Below are positions 35,101-48,070 of a DNA stretch of 64,000 nt, piece by piece. Source of the DNA: Magallana gigas (taxonomy: Eukaryota); NCBI RefSeq assembly GCF_963853765.1, contig NC_088855.1:36402205-36466204 (forward strand), written 5' to 3'. Numbering within the stretch: position 1 is the first letter of the stretch; every line of letters begins with the position of its first letter. The translations under genes and the position numbers were made by a program. Below the pieces are notes generated by a model. It ran no database searches, was not told the origin of the DNA, and worked only from the letters and a program-made list of their open reading frames with translations.

Positions 35101-38100
35101 CTGGAAGAGCTCCCTAAAGGATGATCCAAATGTCATGATGTTAAAGCAAGCTTTCTCAGGAAGATTTTCTAGTGCCAGCAGCAAGACCTGATGTAAGAAT
35201 GAAAGAATTTTTAAAATATTTTTAAATCACCTTGAACAAATAAAAATGGCCCCCCTACCCCCCCCCCCCCAAATAAAAAAAATAAGTCCTTGAAAAAATT
35301 AAAGTACTATTTGTTAGGTAATTTGGGAGCTAGAATTGATATGCTCATTTTTGTTGGCTAACAAAAGGAATTTATTTAATACATGAATAACCAAATAATA
35401 GATAAAAGAATTACAAAACCATTCCACAGACGAATCTTCATGTCCAATGCATACATGTACTAGATCAACTGCATGTAATTGTAATTATCATACATGTATA
35501 TTAAAAGATATCAATAAATGGATAACAGATATACCTTTCTGGAATCTCTAAATGCGTCCCCTTTCATAGAGTTGGATAAATCCATAAGGAATACAACCTC
35601 TGGGCTAGGATCGATTGCTGCCTCAAATTCAGGGTAAAAAGCTAACATACAGGCCTGTAATCATTCAAAGTCAACCATTAATTTATACAAAAAATTTCAG
35701 ACCCTGTGTCCTTAAGCAATTTAAGTTCTCAATCCCTATGAATTTTAATTTTTTTTTTATTCAAGCAATAGTAAAATTGGTTATTTTTGTCCTCTACAAT
35801 GCTTCTTACCTGCACATCTCTTTCTGGATGACATTCCACCCACATGCGCGGAACATGGATTTCTGCCAACTTAATCAGCAGCTGGAATCCTTCGGCAAAG
35901 TTGGACTTCTTTGGTATCTCCACCACAGCCTTGGTATCAGTTTTCTATTGATAAACAAAATACTTTGTAGCCAAAAAAAAACCTTAAGACAATCAAGAGT
36001 TACTTTATGTCGTTAACAAAACATGTAACATAAATCTTTGTGTAAATCATAAATGACATGAAGAAAAAAAAAAAAAGTGACATAAACTCGAACCTTGTAC
36101 TTGAGTCTATGAGTTCCAGAATTCAGTTCCCTTATTTCAAAAGGCATTTCTATGGCAGCTTGCAGAGAGATCTGACAATCCATTAAGTCACTGATCTGAA
36201 GGACTGATGTCTCTGCCTGCAAATAGTTTGTCAAAATTAAGCAGCATGAAAACTTTCCATGTTCACTACCTGCCATCTATATTGAAGCTGTACACATTCC
36301 AAAGAAATAACTGATGCATGAGGACAATGAATGCAATTTATACACCTAGGATCAGTACCTGGGTCTGCTGAGCTAAGGCCGTATCTCTGACCCACGGGGC
36401 CACTGAGGCAGGGATGGTCAAGGCTATGCCATCTCCCTCCACCCCAAGCTCACTGATATAGGTCAACTTTATCAGTACCTCCGAATCGGGCGGTAGATTT
36501 CCGACACTCACAGTGAATACATCCTAAAAGCAATAAGCAGGTAAATTAAATTTATTTGTTTTCCCTCGGACTGAAATGTCACACTTTCATTAGTTTAAAC
36601 ATAGCACGTGACTGCCTAATATATCTCTATGTTTGTTCTATGAGAATTAATATTGGGCAAAATGGCCGTCATTGGCCAACGCTTCGCCTTCTCATTTCAA
36701 AATTTCATGATATTTAATACAAAATCTGCATGCCATAAGTTCTTAAAATATTTGGAGTAGTTGCCCTTTGAAATTCTTTAAAACTAGATTTGTTGCCCTT
36801 TGAATATTGACGTCACATTGTTGTGTCTGGAGCAGAATAAAACAGCAGTGTTGAGATTTGCTCAAATCTCTGCAGCGGAAAGGGAGAAAGCATTTAAAAT
36901 TGAATGGCAACAAAACATTATAAGTAAACAATAGTGTAGCAAAGATTTTCAAAGAGTATTTGAAAGGTGAGATTGATAATTTTGAAGAGTTTAAATAAGT
37001 TAAATTGGATGAGATGTTAGGCAACTTGTATACATAGGTTTGCGTAGATCATCATTTTTTGTGATTAATATGCCACTTGATAGTCCTTGGGAAAACAAAA
37101 CACTTATTAGGTTTGTTACTGACAGATTACAGAAATATATTGGGTTGATCATGCAATCCCATAGAAGGCTTGACTTTGCCTCGCCATGAGATCGATCAAC
37201 CCGATATATTTCTGTAGTCAGTCAGTAACTAACCTAATAAGTAATAATAGACATCAAGTACAGTCAAAGCAGATACCGTATTATCTGTGTTCCACCCAAG
37301 GTATATAATTTTTTTTTCACATTACACCATAGCATTATTGCATGTGCATTACACATCTAAACTTATCCACATCATCATACTGAAACACTTTCTTTTAACT
37401 TTTAATCTCTTCTAGCTTCCATGACTCTTGAGTTGACACTTACTGGTTCCTCCTCGTCCATTAAGTATGCACCGTGACCTTTACTGATGGCCTCTCTGTA
37501 CTCGCGGTGTGCTGTCTTCTTTTCCTTGATTTCTCCTAAAAATCCCCACAACCAATGGTAAAACTTTTAAACATGTACCACTTTAAATCCGTAGAACACA
37601 ATTTTTTCAAATAACTATAGGAATTGAAACTCTCATGTTTAAAAAAAAGGTTTCAGATGATAAAAATTTTGTGTATTGATCCCTATAAAAGACATCTTTT
37701 TCTTAGCTTTTAATCAAAACATGAAGGGAATATTAACTTCAATGTACATGCCTATAATGTGTTTCCCATTTATGAATGCTTCGAATCCACACACAGCAGC
37801 TTTCTCATCCAGAGGGAAGACATACTTCGCCTCGATTGGCTCTGTCATGTTGTTTTTGTAAGATTGCAAGACAACAACCTGGTTAGAATTTTAAAAAAAA
37901 TGAATTGAAAGAGTTTGCTTTTGCTAGCTATCACTCTCAAATTTGAAGAATGAAAAAAAAAAATAAAGGATGGGAGAATCAAATTACTATATCATATCAA
38001 GACATGATTACTGATAAGCAGATTATACATTCATTATGACATACATGAACAATCCAATCTTTAAATTTTTCTATTGAACACATGGAGCATGCATTTTTAC

Positions 38101-41100
38101 ACAGTATCTGTCTTACCTTTGCCACCATATCAATGACCTTGGCCCGGATATGGACTGCTTTCAGTGGGACTCGAACAGACTTATTCTGGCTGATCAAACC
38201 GCTGGTCACTTTGGAGAAGGGGTCAGGCAGGTCCTTTAATTCCATTATATCTAGTAGATACACAAGTACAAGTACATCAAAAATAAATTTATATTATATT
38301 AATTGTATATACCAGTTCTTACCATACCATGAATTTCAAAGAATAAAAAAATGGAAATACTGGTAACTTCTTTATCATACTTCTTAATTATTTCCTTCAA
38401 TTCCCACGATATATGTTCTTGATACTCTGCCTATATGTCCCCTCTGTGTCAATTTTAATAACAATCAACAAATTTCTTGTTTAAAACAGAAAGACAGACA
38501 AAACAATCACATTAGATGTACCGGGTATATGTTTATTTTTTTAATTAAATTCAATTAAAAGAGAGTCACAGAACTCTTACCAACAGAGCTTGCCGTGACC
38601 TCCATGTTTTCCTCCTCCTCCTCGGGCGTGGTTTGGATCAGTCGAAGGGGTGGATCACTGGGGAGTGTGAACAGAACTACATACTTCACTTTCTGCTGTG
38701 ATGTGCTGTATATCACAAACTCATCATCCTGTCATGGATAAGAATTACAAACACACTGTAATTGTGAGGAAAGTGATAAAATTATACTGGGTATAAAGGA
38801 ACTTTTAAAGCAAGTACTATAAATAAGTCTAATTCACATTTTTCTTTAAAGGTACTGGTAGTCTTTTTTTACACAGTATGAAAAAAAAAAGAAATTAATT
38901 ACAGTTTCTTCAAACACATTTTAAGATTTGACTGAATGAGAGTTACATCTACATACATGCAAGTGTATGATAAAAATAATCGTTAGTATGATGTTTCACA
39001 AACAATAAAATAACATACAATGTATATGGCGAAACATGAATGAAACATATACAACACCATTGCACATACTCTTAAAGTATACACTTGTAAATGCTTTCTC
39101 ATAAGTTCACCATTTTGCAAAACTTAAATAACATGAGACCTACCAAAAACTCTGTTGGATCGTTCTCTGTGGTCTTCACTCCGTGGCAACTGTGGTAGCC
39201 ACCAGGTGGTGCTGTTATACCTGACTGGAGGGTGGTGAAGTCCATACAATTTCCTAGCGCCACTTCACAGAATACCAGCATTCTCATCCCCGTCACAGCA
39301 CTTGGTACAGCGTACTGAAGGCACGTGCTGAGTCACAATATAGAGAGAGGTCAGAAGTTATAACTTTTTATACTAAATCCACTGATACAGTTTTATGAGT
39401 TGGTGGCAATGTACTGTGGCATTTTTTGTCTGCAACCTTTTTTACACGTTATCATTCTTAAACTGGATTGGGGTTTTTTTCTTAATATTAATGTAATTTG
39501 ATACACTGGGGAGATCATGTATTATGGTATTGTGTATGAGTGATCTCCCCTTTACTGATTTGTGTATCTATTAAATTTTCCTGTCACCTTTTAAATAAAT
39601 GACAATTTCATCCATCTGCATGTATCTTGGTGTTTGGGTGACTTTTTGGGTAACAAAAGTTAGGTTAGAAAATAGAATATTACCCAGTCTGATCATGAGT
39701 ACAAAACTAAAGTGTCAATGAACTTGTGAATTACACTGAAGAACATATATACAATTTTATGAATTCAATTTGATATATTATTTGTAAGTATGATATGTGA
39801 TCATGTATACATGTGCTCGTTTTTTTCATCATATTTCTATGACAATATCTGAATACAGACCAATATGTGTATAAGTTTTAAAAGAATATATTTTATAAAT
39901 TTGAAATTGAAATCATATATCTACTGAAAAATCATATCAAGGTCAAGAAAATGTAATACATTCAGTATAGTTAAACATTCAGAAGAACACAATTTTTTTA
40001 TTTACATACATGCCAACTTTTGAAAATCTCCATGGGGGATTTTACGCGCGACGACATTTTCCTTGAAGGAAATTTCGCGGCATTTTGTCGTGTAATTGCT
40101 TTGTATAAACAATTGAACTCTTAGAAATTCATCTGTTTCTTTATCTATTTATCATTATCCTAATGTGTTTATCAAACAATCTCCTCTTTCAAATGAAATC
40201 ATAAATAAAGTTCATAACTTTATTTTCATATATTAAATCAATCTTTGAAATCTCCACAAACAATAAATAGTATGGTATAGCAGTTCAAAAAGCACTAAAT
40301 TCTGCAACGCAGTTGGCAAACTGGACCTCTGCTCTTGTGACGTCTACAAAATAAAATGACTAATTAATTAAATTAAATATTAAAAAGCATTTATGGGTCA
40401 AGTTGCTATAAAAAGTGAAAGAAAGTATTTATAATTGTTTCCTGGCTTAAAATTCTTTAGAAATATTATATACTAGCTTATTAAAAAATTTAGTTACCTT
40501 CATCTTGCTCCAATTTTGATTTCACAAACAAGTTGGTAGCAGCAGGTGGCTTGATGAATGGCTGTTTTCGTGTTCTTTGTAACATCATTCATTCCACCAT
40601 GGTCTACCCTAAAATCCCTCAAAATAAAAAAAAATTGTTACTCATAAAGTTTAACATATCTACAATATTCTTCTTGTAGATAATGTATTATAATAGCTAT
40701 CAATCTCTCCTTGTGTCATGTGTACACAATAAAATGTACCCTGTCAATATATTTAGTTGTACTATATATAAGTTAAACATACCTATTGCACGGCAATATA
40801 CATGGTTGTCATCCAATTACGATCCCGATAGTCATCACGAAAATCGGGAATCTGCCTCCCGATATTGGGATGAAAGTTTCGTTTTCTTTGGTGGTGTAAC
40901 CCCATTCTTGTCGAAGTTTGTGTAAAAAGTGTGGCATTTCGCTATCCATCCCGATACTTCCCGATTAATTACTATCAAAACATGCTCCCCATTAGGTTTG
41001 CAAGCACCCAGACACAGGTAGAGTACAGGTAATTACACCGATATACACACACGCGATACAGGTAAACAGCAATGGCGGTCATAATCCCGCTTTTTGATTG

Positions 41101-44100
41101 GTTAGCGTAGACAAGCAGCGCGGGATTTGAAATTTTAGATGGAAATCGGGACTTATTGTCGTAAAACGGGTTGGACTTTTTGAGAATCGGGATTTCGAGG
41201 TATTTTGACAATCCCGATCGGGATATCGGGATTTGTATTTTTGATGACGTGAAATCGGGAGAATCCCGCAAAAATCGGGATAGTTGGCATGTATGTATTT
41301 ACTTGAATGAATTGGAGAAGTAGATTCCATATCCCAGTTTTCCCCCATCTGTCCTGTTCACTCCGTGTTCCTCCACTACATTTTGAGGAAGAAGTAGTCC
41401 CCTAAGAGAAAATCATTCATTGCCTGAATCACAAACTGTAATTGCACACTGTTGCAGTGTTTATAGTCTCAAATTATCAATCAAAAGGTGTTATCTACAT
41501 GTATTCTTCATAGTTAATATATGAATTGAATTAAACACAAATTTTGTTATGGCATCTAAGTACTTTACATAGAAAAATGTCAATCATAGAAACCTAGCTT
41601 GTATTCACCAATGAATGACAAGTTTACCTTGATAGAATTCCCAAGAGATTATGGGGCCCTGAAGCATGCATCAATAATTGTGTGTTTCCAATACATTCAG
41701 CAGTACTCTCAAACAAAATGTCCTCCATGGTTCTCCCAGCTTCAAAAACACTGTGAACTGCAATGCTTTAAAAAGACAAAAGCAACACTTATACGACATG
41801 ATGATAAGAAAACAAAACTTTGAGAAAACATACACATACATGTGCATGATTATTAGGATGAATGTTTACACACAGTCTTTAAAATGGAGTATAAAGTATA
41901 AAGGCAACTACTTTAATAACAAGAAAATAAAAACCACCTTTGTTCACTGTCCTTGAGAATATTTTGTATGACTTGATATTTGCTGGCAGACAGGTCCAAT
42001 TTTGTCATGTGACATCTTAGGGCCCTGTACTTAGCAACAGTGCTGGCAGCAGGAGAAAAATCTGTGGCTTCACTTACAGCCAAGACATCATAGATCAACT
42101 GCAAAAGATAGATATAAATGCAAGACCATAAAAAATATATCAATATGAGCATGTTAAATGGCCCAACTGCAATTTACTGCTAACTGCTTTTAATAGCTTG
42201 AATAAAAACTTTGAGAAAACTTCAGAAAACAGGTACATAGTTAACTAGCCGTGATTTTTAATTGCCACCATAATATATAACTTTCGGTACACATAAAAGC
42301 ATACTGCTACATTTCAGTATCCCAAATAAAAATCTGCACAAGATGTGGAGAAAACATTCATTGTATACCATGTTTTCCTGTCTGTGTGCCATTCAAATTT
42401 TTCTGCAACCCAGGAAATTAAATGTTCATTGAAGTTCAATTTCAACTAACACTTTGTATTGATAGGATCATTGGCCACGAAATTACGTATCCTTAAAACT
42501 GTGGTTTTCAGAAAATCCACGAAAATTGATACCCACGAAAATTAATGAAACCACAGTACCTGACACAAATCTAGTTTCTGGGAGATGGTTTGTGGATCTA
42601 GATCTCGTGTTATGTACTGTTGTTTGTGGGGGAGAGCCTCGTTATAGAACTCTTCCACTAATCCAGCCAAGCGGTTGTCTCCTTGATTCTCTTTCTTCAT
42701 CTGCTTAATCTGTTGCAAAATGACCATGGCATCATCTACCTACAAATGAGATTTAAAAAGATTACGTTACACATTTTCATAACTTATTTTCCATTTGACA
42801 TAAGGACTACATGTAAGAAGATCAAATACTTACATGTAAGAGCAAAACAATGCATACACTTTGTTTTGCACATTAACAACAGCTTTTCTAAGCTTTACCT
42901 GAAACAAGCAACAATGATAAATTAAGATGCATACTTTATCAGATTTGATATGTTCCATAGACATAGTAAGCATTTTCTCAGCCTCTTGGGTGGCTTCCTT
43001 CCAAATCATCTCCACAAACTGTCCGACATCTGGATCAAGGTCACTGTTCATCAAACAAAGATCATCCAATGTCTGAAGAAAAAAGAACCTATAGCCCTTA
43101 ATTTCTGCCACAATGTTGTACAAAGTGACTTCACATCAAACTCCACTTATCTTTTGTGACATTTTACAACAGTATGTATCAATGTAAACATGAGATTAAA
43201 ACATTGTTTAATTGTCAATAGTTGTAGAGTTATTGAATTACAGGAAAATTTTGAGCTTTTATCAAACACCATTTGAGATATAGAATCATACAAAATTAAC
43301 ATGCCTAGTGTACATCAATACTTTTAGTACTTTGATTAATATTTGTTGGTAGTGAATTCTTTACCATTTTGAGTTTGTGTGACCCTATTTGATTGGAGAC
43401 AAATCTAGGTGTGTACCAAGGTTCCATATTCATCATGCCTGATGTGTACCTCTTGTAAAGTTGTTCAAAACAAACCAGAACTTCATCAGCAGTATCCAAA
43501 TACCAGACCACAGGGCCTTCAGAAGCCAATATGTGCTGCAAGAGTAATTTATGTTTAGTTAAGTGCTCATGAATAACTTACAGCTATACAAACAACAACA
43601 AAAAAAACCACAAGTAAAAATCAATTTTTTCCCATAGAAATGGAAAAAAAAAAGATAAGGGGACTAATTTTAACATAACTTCACAGAAAAGAGTCATTTT
43701 TACATTTAACCTGTAGAGGAATATCATTGAAGGATTGTGTTCTATAGAAGCACAGTAATCACCTCCCCATCCAAGTGTCCCTCCTGATGATATAGCCGGA
43801 ACTTGTCACATGACGTCAGCGCATGAACCTCAATAACCTGAATCACTTTTGTTGACTGAAAAGTGAATAATGAGAAATCATAAATTAAATTGTATATCAT
43901 TTATTAACATTATGATCTTGCACATCAATTTATTATCACATGTATATATATAAATAAAATATGGGAATTACTAGGATTGGGTGGAAATCAAACATTGTGG
44001 TGAGTCAATTCTAATATAGCACATAAGCTGTCTCAATTCAGGTTTCAAAATACTAATCCTTGTCAATTAAATTAACTGACCTATATTGTACATGTATATA

Positions 44101-44912
44101 TACATAACATACAAACATTGAATTTAGTATTTTACCATTAAAATTTCTAAAAGTGTTAAGCAATCATGAAATAGTTATGAACCATACTTTTCCATTTAAA
44201 CAATAAATCACTGTCATTACATATTTCAAAAAATGTGACGCAATTATGAAATAGTTATGAACCACACTTTTCCATTGAAACATTAAATCGATCACTGTCA
44301 CTTGAAGTACGTACCATAATTCTATTATTGCAAGAAATTTTTCAAAGTCCAATTATTTTCACTGTACCTTTAACAAAACCCACTTGGCTACCTCATACTG
44401 ATCATCATTGTGTGATGGGGCTTCAGGATCATCCAGAGACCAGGACTTTATAGCATTCAAATTAACACTCTTCACATGTCTTCTAGCACTGAGGTACCTT
44501 TTTGTCTTTTCTTGTTTAGCTATAAATCAAGTTACCAGTACTGTTGTTAATTACTTAAATGAGAATTCAAAATAGTATGTATCATGGCATATATAGTATA
44601 CAGGTACATTGAGACTTATATATATGCATAAAAATTTCTCCAAGAACTCTTACTTATTCGTCCTTTTTTGAAATTCTTTCCAGAGATTGGTTCTCCCACA
44701 GCATATGTGGCTGTTGGCAAAATCTGCTTCTGTTCAATACAATCAGTGATGAATTCACAGCGCAGAACAGGAACATTATGTCTCACAGCTTGTCTTTGCT
44801 TATACGATGATTTCTCCAACATATCACCAAATAGCACCACATAGTTTACCTGAAAAATATTTGTTATTAAGTATCTGTTCATATGATAGGTTGTAACGGT
44901 ATGTATTTGCAA
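32170..44912 (-). CDS. PARP4: Vault poly(ADP-ribose) polymerase (PARP4/vPARP) ortholog. It has BRCT, PARP catalytic, VIT and vWA domains across more than 25 exons. The start codon and the exact 3' end were not resolved.
   Basis: Minus-strand exon ORFs are colinear with human PARP4:
- BRCT at about 44656-44859, VNYVVLFGDMLEK...
- 42545-42727, EFYNEALPHK...DLCQ
- 41990-42110, AKYRALRC
- 41641-41770, the LMHASGPHNLLGIL equivalent of LLHGSPVQNIVGIL
- 41310-41395, LRGLLLPQNVVEEHGVNRTDGGKLGYG
- 39150-39290, MLVFCEVALGNCMDF...APPGGYHSCHGV
- 38580-38730, DDEFVIYSTSQQKVKYVVLF
- VIT exons at 38090-38250, 37750-37880 (KYVFPLDEKAAVCGFEAFINGKHI), 37440-37550 (EIKEKKTAHREYREAISKGHGAYLM) and 36350-36530 (DVFTVSVGNLPPDSEVLIKLTYISELGV)
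- vWA exons at 35090-35200 and 34570-34780 (IFLISDGFVGN...RLFCMGVG)
- 33830-34000, RLVVYGFVKNCTQ
- 32880-32960, MLHQLAARAVIRDYEDGVL
- 32560-32650, TSFVAIEERTE
- 32170-32285, VDNLTYMGWIN. Confidence 0.85.
40780..41290. repeat. Repetitive element of about 500 bp built from reiterated atcccgat/atcgggat palindromic motifs, in a PARP4 intron.
   Basis: The motifs aatcggga / tcccgat(a/t) recur at least 12 times in both orientations. The ends are ...cgatcccgatagtcatcacgaaaatcgggaatc and gtgaaatcgggagaatcccgcaaaaatcgggatag. Confidence 0.45.
42455..42560. mobile_element. Fragment of the foldback MITE family that also appears at 11213-11433.
   Basis: The segment gtattgataggatcattggccacgaaattacgtatccttaaaactgtggttttc...atgaaaccacagt matches 11341-11440. 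Confidence 0.45.
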
Positions 44913-47281
44913 TACATATTTATTCCATATAATCCCTGAGATTGTATTTCAAGATCTTGAATTACTTTAATATAGTAAATGTTGAATCCAATTACTGGTA
45001 CATAAGATTTTTTTTATTTTCATAATTTTGTTACCTTTAATGTAAACAAGATCAAAGACATAAATATCCTATGTTCGTAATAACTGACTCAACATTTTTA
45101 CAACATGTCAAGACCACTATATTTTTTCCAAAATCTTTGAAATTTCAGGATTTCATCCAGAAACATGTGTACAATATGTCTCTTTTCTATTTCTCTCCCT
45201 CGATCTCCTCTCTCTCTTATTTTCGGTGTTATAGATTATACTAGATTAACAAAATGTTTTCATAAAATTCCTCTATGTACCATATTCCTAACTCAGTGTT
45301 TCTGATCCACTCATCTTCTCACAAACCTTTGACAGATTTAGCTACTAGCAGATAAAATCTGATGATCTATTAATTATATGCATTGTTTGTAAAGCAATTA
45401 TACATGTAGTACTGTATGTCCCAAGCTATTGCTTCCATCACTTTTTTATGATTTTTGATTAAAATACAAATACCTGTGAAAGAAATACAGTTGAAATTGA
45501 TGTAAGGGAAAATATCTTCTTTGACGCATTATTCATCTACTCATAAAAGTTCACAGGAACGAAAACAAATTTCTTATGGAGGTTATTATTAATGGGAAAT
45601 ATTTACAACTTTTCATCTTCAGAACTCACTTGGAATACCTCACACTATTTTTCAACGTTATCATCTGGGCTATTTCATGCCTGATGCAATGCAAAATCCC
45701 GTAGACTTTCTATTTTGGGATGTGTATTGAAACTTGAAGCAGTAGTGGGGGCGTTTTAAAACAGATAATCTGGCCATTTTTTATATTAGTGGATGAACAT
45801 AGTTTGAGCACAAAGGTATAAATCAAAATATCAAGCGAAAAGTGGTGAAAGCAAAAACTTGGGACAGAGTATAGTAAAACAAGAGTGCGATCACCTACAT
45901 TTAATATGCTTATACATATTAACCAGCTAGATTCATAAAGACTGAAAATTTTAACTGACATTTCTTCCAGAAGAGACGCCAGTCAAAGTTTTTTAGTTTC
46001 AACAAATCTAGCTAAGATTATATTCTCTCATCTAATACCCAAAAGTTTAATTTTCTTATATATAAATCTGTCAAGAATGTGTGAAGAGACAGGCCTTTCT
46101 AGAGACACTCACTCAGTCACTCACCTTCGGAGTAAAAACATAGGATATTGTCCCTCCATGTTCTGTTATCTTTCTTCTCCAACACTGCTTTTCTTTAAAT
46201 CTTGTTAAAATATCAAACTCCAACACAAAGACAAAGTTGTGGAAAATGTTGTCTTCCATTTCCCTGTGTGTAATAACTAATAAGCATCCAAAAATTGTGC
46301 AAGATATTTAAGGTTTATGCATGCTGGTTCAGCTGTTAAGTTTTGCCGAGGCTTAACATGTGAATATTTCAGCTTGATTAGCTTGGCAAAAAGTCTCTAT
46401 TCGTAGGTCATTTTGTCCATCTACCTTGCACTGTGGCACACAACATACTGCAGTCGTATCCGTCTTTGTCTGATCAGAGCTGACTGAATATCCTATAGCT
46501 GTCAACTACTACTATAAATTTATCAATCGTTTTAATTTCTCATATCTAACAGGTTGTGACTTCTATCTTGCAAACCTACATGAAGCATAACAAATAAACT
46601 TTCATAGTGAAACGAGTAACACGTTACACCTCCTCCTTCCTTTGCTTCACTGTCTTTAGTGTTTATTTTGGTCTATGACAATATCTCATTTTGCAAACTG
46701 AAAGTTATGACGTAGAGGTCTAACATTGGGTGTCAGGAGAAAACGTACCCAAGAGAAAACGTACCCAGGAGAAAACGTACCCATTTCCTAGGGTACGTTT
46801 TCTCCAAGAGAGAATGTACCCTATGAAAATTATAAACATAATTTTTAATAGTTTTAAATACCTTTTTACTGCATAAATATGGAGGAATAGATATATAAAT
46901 TAAAGAATAGTAGCCTAATCTTTTTTCTTCTTCTTCCAATAAAGTGCAGGACTCGTTGGAGTATCATCGCACTTCGATATGTATTGGTTGAATATTTAAA
47001 GGATTTGAACATGTCAATATTAGCTTTAAATACTAATATAATGCATATTTTAATGCATGAATATGGAGGAATACTATTATATATAAATTTTATAAATAAT
47101 ATCTTTAAAATAACATAGATCCCTGACTTTTATTTGTATCGATTGAATATTGAAAAGTCTTGGACATAATTTGAGTTCAAAATTTTCGACTCTATTTTTA
47201 TAAATGATTTTTAAATAGTTGATAATTTGCCTTGTTTGTAATAAGTATTCTGCTTTAAGTATTAGTAATTCCAATGTTATA

Positions 47282-47965
47282 TCGTACTAGGATTTTGCTT
47301 AATACGATATTTCCGTTAATTTGATCCTCGGGATCTTATTCGTCCTTGACCAGACACCTGGCGTTGTCTGTGCCACGTTATATAACCCAGAATTCTCTCC
47401 TCCTCAACCTGGGGAGTAGCCCTTTCCCTGTCTGTATAAAAAGAGGAGGCAAAAGACAGCTTCCAGTTGACTACTTCTTTTATTCAAGTTTACTAATAAA
47501 ACATTCCAATCAAATTCCACAATATAATATAATGTATAATTAATAACAATAAACATTGATTACAAAAACTCTGAAAATAAGATATTATATTTACTTGAAC
47601 CTTCTGAATCATTTTTGTTAACTTTTATTAAAACCGCGCAAGTATCTTACTATGATCTTACCTGTATAAAAAGAGGAGGCAAAAGACAGCTTCCAGTTGA
47701 CTACTGGAGAGCCGCTTTCCCCGCACCTCCTTTTTATACGCACGGACACTACTTCCGATCTCCGGACCTTATAAGTAAATGAGATTAAGTGCATACTAAT
47801 GATCTGACGCACCGTGGTCAGTAGAAGCGTTTTATTTAGATTTCTGACCCGGCATCGACAGGCTCATCACTGGACTTAATAACACATTTCTCCATGAACC
47901 TAAATAAACATACGTTATCTATTTACCGCATGTCCTTTAACCAATTTCTGTATAATTTCCGTTAT
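47282..47965 (-). repeat. 3' LTR region in element orientation, organised as inverted B, then a 45-bp A-tail, a 174-bp spacer and a full A. Segment B is therefore in the opposite orientation to the 5' LTR.
   Basis: On the plus strand, A is at 47282-47480, the unique spacer at 47481-47654, a duplicated 45-bp A-tail at 47655-47700 and B at 47701-47965. The PPT lies immediately inside. Confidence 0.65.
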
Positions 47966-47972
47966 GATAAAT
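47962..47972 (-). promoter_or_regulatory. Polypurine tract (PPT) candidate.
   Basis: The minus strand reads ...gttAGTAGGGGGAA|tttatcataacgg, lying between the pol stop (48071) and the first base of the terminal repeat block B. Confidence 0.5.
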
Positions 47973-48070
47973 TCCCCCTACTAACAAAAAAAATCTTGTC
48001 CTCAAGATTCCGTGAATAGATTTTTAAAAATGATCAAGGTCAGGAAATTGAACAGTGTCCGGATGATATT

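Noticed and set aside
46125-46160. Candidate PARP4 first exon on the minus strand, ATGGAGGGACAATATCCTATGTTTTTACTCCGAAG|gtgagt.
   Set aside because: Its phase-2 end is incompatible with the BRCT exon acceptor at 44859/44860, because joining creates an immediate TAA. It is therefore not the initiator exon, at least not one spliced directly to it. The PARP4 start is left unresolved.
47346-47812. Small ORFs inside the retrotransposon terminal repeats (47346-47543 and 47618-47812, duplicated at 54431-54643 and 54407-54673).
   Set aside because: They are the same LTR sequence read at both ends of the element. They lie in promoter-like, non-coding LTR regions and are not supported as genes.
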